DNA of 64,000 nt from Octopus vulgaris (Eukaryota): the NCBI GenBank assembly GCA_951406725.2, contig OX597827.1, positions 33,914,001 to 33,978,000 on the forward strand, written 5' to 3'. Positions within the stretch are counted from its first letter, which is position 1. The number at the start of each line of letters is the position of its first letter. Of this stretch, positions 53,980 to 64,000 are shown piece after piece. The position numbers and the translations under genes are program-made. A model generated the notes under the pieces. It saw only the letters and a program-made list of their open reading frames with translations, was not told the DNA's origin and did no database searches.

Positions 53980-54380
53980 AGAAAGGTCAGTTGGAAGGCT
54001 ACTCTCGCGCTTCAAAAACAAACTAAAAGACAATCTGAAGCGATGCAATATTCCCTTTTCTTCCTGGTAAGATAAAGCATCAGAATGTAGGACTTGGCGC
54101 CAGTTCTGCTTCTCCTTAGGTCAAAGATTTGGGCAAAGTCGACTCCAACATCGGGGCCAATTTCATGCAAGCATCAGGACATGCTGGCAAAACGCTGATC
54201 TTCTAAATAGAAGCCTTACCTGTCACTGTGGTTTTGTAGCACGAAGCAAAGCAGGCTTTGCCATCCACTCAAGAAAATACATAGTGAATGCCCTACAAGA
54301 ACTCAAGCAAAATGAGTACTCAACTTGTTTCATTTGCCAAAATGTTTGCAAGGCACCAACAGGCCTCAAGAGAGCATGAT
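53980..54380 (+). mobile_element. RTE-like LINE 3' remnant
   Basis: GRLLSRFKNKLKDNLKRCNI..W..R.WR, followed by C2H2-like motifs. Confidence 0.55.
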
Positions 54381-54450
54381 TAACGCTTTATTTTACTGAA
54401 CCCTCATTTGCCGTTCACGACAAGAGAATCCATCTTATATATATATATAC

Positions 54451-54531
<81 letters not shown>

Positions 54532-55190
54532 TAAAATTGTTTTTGAAGCGTTGAAATGTATTGTATACAGATACACATTGATCCGATGTCGTGTCAGTTC
54601 CTTTTAAAAGACAAGCCAAGTCAGCCATGCGCCAACAGCTTCCTGCCCAATCACGCGGTCCAAGAAATTCCCCATTCTGTTGTAGGTAGTGTCGCTGGAA
54701 TTTTTATTTCATTTCTAATAACATCATGTGAGCTGCCTTAACTAGTAGCAACTCAGTTTCCGGTATCCATCTTGGATTTTTCACCCATCTCAATTCGGTT
54801 AACTTTGCCTGACGAGCTGGTTTTCTGTAAGAACTCTGTGAAGCGTTAATTTGTATGGGGCCTAATCAAACTCTTTTAAAGGATATATGTAACTCCTGCT
54901 AAATGTGTTGAGGGCGTTTTTCTTTCGTTTGTCCAATCGCCAGTACATACATGCATAGATACACACACATACATACATGCACATACACATACATACATGC
55001 ATTTATGTATGTATGTATGTATGTATGTATGTATGTATGTATGTATGTATGTATGTATGTATGTATGTGTGTATGTATGTATGTGTGTGTGTGTGTATGT
55101 ATGTTATTATGTATGTATGTGTGTCTGTGTGTGTCTGAGTGTCTGTGTACGTGGATATACATAAAATTATATATAATTCTCTTTTTACAG

Positions 55191-55221
55191 GCATGTTTAT
55201 TTGGTGGATATTATACTGTAG
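55191..55221 (+). CDS. Gene B exon 2 (31-nt micro-exon, ACLFGGYYTV + 1 nt)
   Basis: TTCTCTTTTTACAG| ... AG|GTAAGT; phase 0 to 1 bridges exon 1 and exon 3. Confidence 0.72.
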
Positions 55222-56667
55222 GTAAGTTAAATTTTCTTCTCCTACATCTTCATAAAATAATTAGACATTCACTAAGTCCGGCACTAACGCTCTGGACGCA
55301 AGCTAATAGTGAGACTATTTGTGTTATTTTCAACATAACTATTGTCTTTTGTACGTTGTAGGAAAGCCAGGATAGCTATTTAAGGACGTATATACAGTTC
55401 TATACAATTTAGATTTTCTAATATACCATTTTCATAATTCTTGAGAGATTCCTCTATCGCCTGGTTACTGATACAGTTACATAACAAACCATAGATGTAC
55501 GTATAATGGTGAAGGATATGGATGTCGCTGATAAAGCAGAAAAAGCGGTACTTCATATTTCCCTCGAAATATTTCTTGAGGCATCGAGTTATAGATACGT
55601 ATTCACAAATCACTATAAAAATAGTTTGACACTCTACAGCATGGCTGGCGAAGTCATTGCACACTAGCAAAATCTCTAAAAATCTAAACGAACTCATTCA
55701 AACGATTAGATTAATACAGGAATTAAATTAATTTAAAAGACCAATGGACTTATAAAATATTTTTCACAGAGCGTGGCTGCAATATCCCAGACGTAAAATT
55801 AAAGCCAAACAACTGAGCATCCCATCATTTGTTTTGGAATATATCCAGTACCATATTATTAAATGACTCCTTCCCTAATTTTAATGCACTGCAGGAATAA
55901 TTTGAAGTAGATTTTCGCTTTTCATAGCGCAACATTATATTAATATTTGATAGTTCGATCATGAAATTTTAGGATGGCCTAGGAAAACGACAGCTGAGCG
56001 GAAGATTATTTCCATTGTGAGGAACAGCTGCTCTGACATATAACTCACTAGCTTTTATACAATCTGTCCAGTGGCAAATCACGACAAATGAGTTTGTCTG
56101 AAAATGAAGGAACTTACAAAAATGGATACAGTAATCACCATGTCCCACAATATTTTCAAACTTGATGTTTGTCCTGGCTACAAAATGTAACATCTAAGAC
56201 AACATGATAGTTAAGTTACTACTTGCATCAGTTACACACATTGACCCGCTGCCACCAAATTGGAAGATGTGGAAATGAAGATTATCATTTTTTCCTGGCA
56301 TCTTTTGAATGAAATGTGAACGTGCCACTAAATATACACACCGTGCATGTGTATATATTATTGGATGGCCATAGATTCCTTTGAGTTCATTCGTATTTTG
56401 ACGGGTTTGGTTTTTAATCCTGTGTGGTACCCAAAATCACACTTTTAACGATGTAAGTTTGAATTAAAATGGTCTTGTAAATTAGTCGTTGACGATTTGG
56501 CAACACAAGATGTTGTACTAAGTTATATGTTATTGGAAACATTCTCAAGTGACTTATGATATATTTAAATACAGATAAAAAGGAAAGAGTAGTATTTTTG
56601 TGCTTCTTTCCCTGCATATTTTTGTCAAAGCAACTCAATATTAATACCATTTTATTTTGTTTTATAG

Positions 56668-56916
56668 GGATTGGAACCTATAAAATATTTCTAAATATAA
56701 ATATAACTGGACTAAAACACGTACAAAAAGTGAAACGGTTATCGGAATGCGTGAGCGCGTGTGGAAACACGAGAGACTGTACCTGCTTGTATTACCAACA
56801 GTCTAATTCTTCATGCAGTTTTTTCGATTCATATGACTGTAATAGAATTTTAAATTCTAAATTACCGGAAACAAATGATACCACTACCGTACTGATGGTT
56901 CGTCAAGATGGGAAAG
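56668..56916 (+). CDS. Gene B exon 3: PAN/apple-like domain type 1
   Basis: TTTTATAG| ... G|GTAAGT, phase 1-1; ECVSACGNTRDCTCLYYQQSNSSCSFFDSYDC. Confidence 0.87.
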
Positions 56917-57322
56917 GTAAGTGAATAGCTTATTTATTCATGTGATTCTTCGTTAACTAATTAAGAAGTTCTGGGTTTACAAGTGAGAAAGATTGGCTGT
57001 TGGCAAACTGTTGATAAGTCGAGACAGCACTCAAATTTCAAGTTGTATGAAATTATTTTCAACATCACCTTTGTCTTTTGTACGTTGGGAATCGCATGAA
57101 TATCAAAAAGTTGTATAATATATTTCTTTTACTTTCTTTCTACTTCTTCCTTTCGCCCTTTCTTCTTTCTTTTTTCTGTCTTCATTTCTTTTTTCTCTTT
57201 TCCCACATTCTTCTTTTCTAATATATTATTTCTTGTTCTTTCTTTCTTTCTTCCTTTTCTTTCACCCTTTCTTTTCGTTTCTGTCTGATGACCCTTATTC
57301 TGTTTTCTAATCTTTATTGTAG

Positions 57323-57553
57323 GCAAAATAAAGAGAAGCAGTGATTACCAAAAAATCAACAGCAGTGTGAAACATCCAAATATTACCTTCCATGATTGGT
57401 TTTGTGAAAATCTATGTTCTTGGAGTCTGAACTGCTGTGGTTATTCTTATCAGTATGGCCGGTGTCAGTTACTTGTCATGAATTATTGTTACAAATCCAC
57501 AAAAGTCCTCCTCTCTGATGGAAGCTTTATTGATCTAAGTACACCCATAAAAT
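57323..57553 (+). CDS. Gene B exon 4: PAN/apple-like domain type 2
   Basis: TTGTAG| ... T|GTAAGC, phase 1-1; CENLCSWSLNCCGYSYQYGRCQLLVMNYC; 9 nt shorter than its paralogs, frame kept. Confidence 0.87.
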
Positions 57554-58060
57554 GTAAGCGGTTAGTTTTATGTTAAATTGTATTTGTTTTTTTTTAAAAC
57601 ATTTTATAAGAAATGTTAGCGTAATACTTATGACCCTGTTCAGTGTACTTGTGACTGTTGATAGAGAACAGAGGAAGTTATTCTCAAGCAAGAGACTTGG
57701 TCACAGTGCTTGCAACTCCCACTAATGTAACCCAAGGACCAGGTAAAAGTGTAAAACTTAGTGATGGATTGTCTATCAACCATCAAGAGAATGTTCTCTT
57801 CGACAGACTTCCACACATATTTTCTTACCTAGCAGTTTCCACCTGCACGAGATTTGCGGCTAGGATATGTGTATGCAAGACTTTGTGTGTGTGTGTGTTT
57901 GTCTGTATGCATTTATATGTATATACATGTATGTGTGGGTATAATACAAGTGAGAAGACGAAGAATGAATTTATCACAAATTTATTAGTTACAATTGTTT
58001 CGGTACAACTTCGCTTCGAACGCCATTGCACGCAAACTGGATGTAACACGTGTGGTTGGT

Positions 58061-58462
58061 TAAGGCGGCGAGCTGGCAGAAACGTTAGCGCACCGGTCGA
58101 AATGCTTAGCAGTATTTCGTCTGTCTTTACGTTGTGAGTTCAATTCCGCCGAGGTCGACTTTGTCTTTCATCCTTTCCGGGTCGGTAAATTAAGTACCAG
58201 TTGTGTACTGGAGTCGATATAATCGACTTAATCCGTTTGTCTATCCTTGTATGTCCTCTCTGTGTTTAGCCCCTTGTGAGTAGTAAAGAAATAGGTATTT
58301 CGTCTGTCGTTACGTTCTGAGTTCAAATTCCGCCGGGGTCGACTTTACCTTTAACCCTTTCGGGGTTGATAAATTAAGTACCAGTTGTGTACTGGAGTCG
58401 ATCTAATCGACTAGCCCCCTACCCCCACAATTTCGGGCCTTGTGCCTTGAGCAGAAAAGAAT
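58061..58462 (+). mobile_element. tRNA-derived SINE (Nin-like core, internally duplicated)
   Basis: Flanked by GTGTGGTTGGTT repeats; empty site in gene A at ~25105. Confidence 0.8.
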
Positions 58463-59095
58463 ATGTGTGGTTGGTTGCATGGAGTAACACTTGATGAGAC
58501 CAGCATCATGTTCTGCGTTCTTATATTGTACGATGTACATATGTTCTATGTTCCTTATATAGTAGGGGACCTGATGATAAGTATGTAATTATAATAAAAA
58601 TCATGTATAAAATGAAATAAAAACAAGACACCAATAGTGATGATAAAAACAAGAAAATAAAGATGAGTAAACAGAACAACCCCAAATAATTATAAACTAG
58701 CATCGATACAAGAGTCATCTTAGTGGTACCAGTGCCACAGAATGTATATTGGCAGTATACAGTTTGGAGTGAATCGCAAATATAAATAGTGGCGGGCCAC
58801 GGTGAGAAAATAATGAAACTAGCAACAATTATTGGATGGAGGAGGGAAAGATGATGGAAGAATGGGGGAGAATGTTGTAGGGATAAAATATATAGATATA
58901 CATCAAAACATTTATCAGTAACCTTCGGCGCTGGCAGCGGAATGTGACGGTGAAAACAGATTTCACAGAAATAAGTGGGTTAAAAATAAATGAATTAAAC
59001 TAAAATAAAGTTAAATTAGAAAATGGTAAATTAGAATAAGTTTAAATTAAAGTGAAAATTAAATATTAGTATGTATAAATATTAAACGGACAAAC

Positions 59096-59630
59096 ATTAG
59101 GTTGTTTCGAAAATAATGGCCGCTTTAAGAGTTGTGTTTTAAAACGCAATTTTATCATAGTTTTTAAATTGTATTTTAGGTTAATTTCAACATAATTAAT
59201 AATTGATGTATGCTCCTTAATAATTTTCTACTTATTTCGGACATAAAACTTTCTTGAAGCATAGGCGCCCATAATTATGAACATGAAAAAAAAGACCTTT
59301 GCTTACTTTTTTCTTGCATGAGTTCAAGCTTGGACACAATGCCTCCCAAACTGCTGTCACTATCAACAGAGCATGGGAAGAGGGGTCCACAAGTACGAAG
59401 GTGGTTTCAGAAATTCCGTAGTGAGGATGAGGGCCTTGAAGATCAAGAAGGTAGAGGACGGTCATGCAGTCTTGACAATGAACAAAACCCACGTCAGAGA
59501 GTCAGAGAAATGTCTCAGGCACATGATGTCGGTATTGCAACGGTCTTATGCAATCTGCAGAAGACTGGTAAGGCGAAAAACTCAATAAATGGGTACCGCA
59601 TGAGCTCAGTGAAAATAAAAAAATAAGAAT
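59096..59630 (+). mobile_element. mariner 5' remnant, third family
   Basis: FLHEFKLGHNASQTA..IN.AWE, VRRWFQKFRSEDEGLEDQEGRGR. Its first bases recur at the window end. Confidence 0.75.
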
Positions 59631-61332
59631 ATAAAAATTCTTTGGGCTTATGGAAGGCGTTCGTGTGGTGCTCATACGATGGCAAAGAGGTGGCGATTCG
59701 TTGCAGTTACACGATACGAATGCAAAAAAAACAATGTTGTCAGACAGCTGCTACAAACGGACCAGCGGAAAGGCAGGTTAGGTATCACATATTTGAGGAC
59801 GTTTCTGCTGCCTTCGATTACCTCAAGTATTTTTATTCATAACATTAAAGTGACCAATTCAACGGAAAGGATACCAATTTACAAGACACATAGCGGCTAC
59901 ATCTTGCATGAACCCCCTTGACGGCAATATTCAACTGCTGACCATTAACCTCCTTCAACTGGGAGCAATCTATTGCTCAAAATCTTCCCTCAGAGGAAAC
60001 GCTGAAATTGTTCAACTCATTCTCTTCCTATACGTTTATCTGTGTGCTTCATTCTATGGCTTCATTCGCAAGTGTATGGTTCTGATCTGCACTGGGCTGA
60101 AGAGTAAGGTGTTGAAATCAGAAGAGCATTGCGTGAACGCGGTAGCCGAGGTTGGGCTCAAAAGTTTTCTCAATTGTAAGGCCTCATCTTTCCGCAGTTA
60201 AATGGTAATTTATTAAGACCCATGCAACGCCGGGAACTACTGCTAGTCACTCTATAAAATAGTTTGACACTCTCCAGCATGGCTGGTAAAGACATTTCAA
60301 ATGAGCAAAGTTCTGAAAACCTAAATGAACTCATTTAAACATTAAGATCAAAGTACTAATTAGATATAACTGAATACCTATGATCTTCTGATATCAAAAT
60401 ATAAATTTTTTTCACGGCATGGATACAATATCCCAGATTCTACAGCAAACGTAAAATCAATGCCAAACAATTCTTGGCTATCCCAACATATTTCTAGAAT
60501 ATATGAAGGACTACATTAATAAATGAGTCTTTCCCGATTTTTTCTGCTCTGCAGGAATAATTTGAAGTAGATATTCGCTTTTGATAGCACAATATTATAC
60601 TATTATGTGGTAGTTCGATCATGAAATTTGACGATGGTGAAGGAAGATGACAGTCGAACAGAAGATTATTTCCATAGTGAGGAACAGCTGCTCTGACATA
60701 TAACTCACTAGCTTTTATACAATCTGTCCAGTGGCAAATCAAAACAAATGAGTTTGTCTGAAATGAAAGAACTTACAAAAATGGATACAGTAATTTCACC
60801 ATGTCCCACAATATTTTCAAACTTGATGTTTGTCCTGGCTACAAAATGTAACATCTAAGACAACATGATAGTTAAGTTACTACTTGCATCAGTTGCACAC
60901 ATTGACCGCTGCCACCAAATTGGAAGATTTGGAAATGAAGATTATCATTTTTTCCTGGCATCTTTTGAATGAAATGTGAACGTGCCACTAAATATACACA
61001 CGATAGCAACCGTGCATGTATATATATCATTGGATGGCCATAGATTCCTTTGAGTTCATTCGTATTTTGACGGGTTTGGTTTTTAATCCTGTGTGGTGCC
61101 CAAAATCACACTTTTAACGATGTAAGTTTGAATTAAAATGGTCTTGTAAATTAGTCGTTGACGATTTGGCAACACAAGATGTACTAAGTTATATGTTATT
61201 GGAAACATTCCAAAGTGACTTATGATATATTTAAATACAGATAAATAGAAAAAGTAGTATTTTTGTGCTTCTTTCCCTTCATATTTTTGTCAAAGCAACT
61301 CAATATTAATACCATTTTATTTTGTTTTATAG

Positions 61333-61581
61333 GGTTTGGAACCTATAAAATATTTCTAAATAAAAATATAACTGGACTAAAACACGTACAAAAAGTGAAA
61401 CGGTTATCGGAATGCGTGAGCGCGTGTGGAAACACGAGAGACTGTACCTGCTTATATTACCAACAGTTTAATTCTTCATGCAGTTTTTTCGATTCATATG
61501 ACTGTGATAGAATTTTAAATTCTAAATTACCGGAAACAAATGATACCACTACCGTACTGATGGTTCGTCAAGATGGGAAAG
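61333..61581 (+). CDS. Gene B exon 5 (duplicate of exon 3)
   Basis: Intact splice sites and frame; 5 nt differences from 56668-56916. Confidence 0.85.
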
Positions 61582-61988
61582 GTAAGTGAATAGCTTATTT
61601 ATTCATGTGATTCTTCGTTAACTAATTAAGAAGTTCTGGGTTTACAAGTGAGAAAGATTGGCTGTTGGCAAACTGTTGATAAGTCGAGACAGCACTCAAA
61701 ATTCAAGTTGTATGAAAATTATTTTCAACATCACCTTTGTCTTTTGTACGTTGGGAATCGCATGAATATCAAAAAGTTGTATAATATATTTCTTTTACTT
61801 TCTTTCTACTTCTTCCTTTCGCCCTTTCTTCTTTCTTTTTTCTGTCTTCTTTTCTTTTTTCTCTTTTCCCACAGTCTTCTTTTCTAATATATTATTTGTT
61901 GTTCTTTCTTTCTTTCTTCCTTTTCTTTCACCCTTTCTTTTCGTTTCTGTCTGATGACCCTTATTCTGTTTTCTAATCTTTATTGTAG

Positions 61989-62228
61989 GCAAAATAAAGA
62001 GAAGCAGTGAATACCAAAAAATCAACAGCAGTGTGAAACATCCAAATATTACCTTCCATGATTGGAATCAATGGTTTTGTGAAAATCTATGTTCTTGGAG
62101 TCTGAACTGCTGTGGTTATTCTCATAAGTATGGCCGGTGTCAGTTACTTGTCATGAATTATTGTTACAAATCCACAAAAGTCCTCCTCTCCGATGGAAGC
62201 TTTATTGATCTAAGTACACCCATAAAAT
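61989..62228 (+). CDS. Gene B exon 6 (duplicate of exon 4)
   Basis: Intact splice sites and frame; 240 nt like gene A exon 4. Confidence 0.85.
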
Positions 62229-62588
62229 GTAAGCGGTTAGTTTTACGTTAAAATGTATTTGTTTTTTTTAAAACATTTTATAAGAAATGTTAGTGTAATA
62301 CTTATGACCCTGTTCAGTGTATTTGTGACTGTTGATAGAGAACAGAGGAAGTTATTCTCAAGCAAGAGACTTGATCACAGTGCTTGCAACTCCCACTAAT
62401 GTAACCCAAGGATCAGGTAAAAGTGTAAAACTTAGTGTTGGATTGTCTATCAACCACCAAGAGAATGTTCTCTTCGACAGACTTCCACACATATTTTCTT
62501 ACCTAGCAGTTTCCTCCTGCACGAGATTTCGGGCTGGGATATGCGTATGTGAGACTTTGTGTGCGTGCGTGCGCGCGCGCGCGCGTGT

Positions 62589-62631
<43 letters not shown>

Positions 62632-62764
62632 TGTGTGTGTGCGTGTGTGTGTATGTATAATACAAGTGAGAAGAAGAATGAATTTTTATTAGTTACAATT
62701 GTTTCGATACCACTTCGCTTCGAACGCCATTGCACGCAAATTGGACGTAACATGTCTGGTTGGT

Positions 62765-63345
62765 TAAGGCAGTGAGCTGGCAGAAACGTTAGCACGCCGG
62801 GCGAAATGCGTAGCCGTATTTCGTCTGCTGTTACGTTCTGAGTTCAAATTCCGCCGAGGTCGACTTTGCCATTCATACTTTCCGGGTCGATTAAATAAGT
62901 ACTAGTTACGCACTGGGGTCGATATAATCGACTTAATCTGTTTGTCTATCCTTGTTTGTCCTCTCTGTGTATAGCCCCTTGTGGGTAGTAAAGAAATAGA
63001 TGTTTCGTCTGTCGTTATGTTCTGAGTTCATCCTTTCATCCTTTCGGGGTCGATAAATTAAGTTCAAGTTACGCACTGTGGTCGATGTAATCGACTTAAT
63101 CCGTTTGTCTGTCCTTGTTTGTCCCCTTGTGGTTAATAAAAAAAATAAGAACCGTTAGCATACCGGGCGAAATGCTTAACGGCATTTCGTTTGTCGTTAA
63201 GTTCTGATAAAAATCCCCCGGGGTCGACTTTGCCTTTAACCCTTTCGGGGTTGATAAATTAAGTACCAGTTGTGTACTGGAGTCGATCTAATCGACTGGT
63301 CCCCTACCTCAATATTTCGGGCCTTGTGCCTAGAGCAGAAAAGAA
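62765..63345 (+). mobile_element. SINE equivalent to 58061-58462, with more internal repeats
   Basis: Same insertion site within the duplicated unit; three core copies instead of two. Confidence 0.78.
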
Positions 63346-64000
63346 TATGTGTGGTTGGTTGCATGGAGTAACACTTGATGAGACCAGCATCATGTTCTGC
63401 GTTCTTATATTGTACGATGTACATATGTTCTATGTTCCTTATATAGTGGGGTACCTGATGATAAGTATGTAATTATAATAAAAATCATGTATAAACTGAA
63501 ATAAAAACAAGACACCAATAGTGATGATAGAAGCAAGAAAATAAAACGAGTAAACAGAAGAACAGCACAACTCCAATGAATTATAAACTAGCACCGATAG
63601 AAGAGTCGTCTTAGTGATACCAGTGCCACAGAAAGTATATTGGCAGTATACAGTTTGGAGTGAATGACAAATATAAATAGTGGCAGTCCACGATGAGAAA
63701 ATAATAATGACACTAACGACAATTATTGGATGGAGAAGGGAAAGACAATGGAAGAGTGGTGGAGAGAGAATATCCAGAAAAACATCAAAACATTTACCAG
63801 TAACCTTCGGCGCTGGCAGCGGAATGTGACGGTGAAAACAGATTTCACAGAAATAAGTGGGTTAAAAATAAATGAATTAAACTAAAATAAAGTTAAATTA
63901 GAAAATGGTAAATTAGAATAAGTTTAAATTAAAGTGAAAATTAAATATTAGTATGTATAAATATTAAACGGACAAACATTAGGTTGTTTCGAAAATAATG

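Larger units (their letters stand above)
56001..64000 (+). repeat. Tandem segmental duplication: unit ~56001-60660 and second unit 60661 to beyond the window end
   Basis: Near-identical sequence at an offset of ~4.66 kb (exons 56668/61333). The window end matches 59079-59118. Confidence 0.92.

Noticed and set aside
57658-58137. 159-aa ORF (and 62332-62775) as an extra coding exon
   Set aside because: Frameshifted in gene A, runs into microsatellite and SINE, and the in-phase junction from exon 4 would create TAG.
60661-64000. A third independent gene
   Set aside because: No signal exon or micro-exon in the duplicated unit and no TM exon between units; an intragenic cassette fits better.

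Overview
AT-rich, microsatellite-dense eukaryotic DNA. The repeat families and a mollusc-type protein motif point to a cephalopod (Octopus-like) genome; this is an inference. Hidden among the repeats, and not visible as whole ORFs in the six-frame track, is a tandem pair of paralogous spliced genes on the + strand. Gene A is complete: exons 9679-9729, 16408-16432, 21718-21963, 24366-24605 and 31008-31495 total 1050 nt (349 aa plus stop), with all introns GT-AG and in phase. It encodes a type I membrane glycoprotein: signal peptide, two PAN/apple-like Cys domains, Ser/Thr stalk, CxCxC motif, coiled coil, TM helix and short tail. Gene B starts at 42835 and runs off the window end. Its two-domain exon cassette has been tandemly amplified as a ~4.7 kb unit, giving at least four domains. 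The rest is decayed mobile DNA: RLE-type (Dong/R4-like) LINEs in (AAT)n tracts, mariner/Tc1 copies, a Penelope-like GIY-YIG element, Gypsy remnants, a probable solo LTR, MITEs and tRNA-derived SINEs. Several unrelated repeat families carry minimal type I hammerhead ribozyme motifs, one fused to a tRNA-like Pol III promoter, and these often sit in local inverted duplications. Exon coordinates were read base by base; repeat boundaries are approximate.
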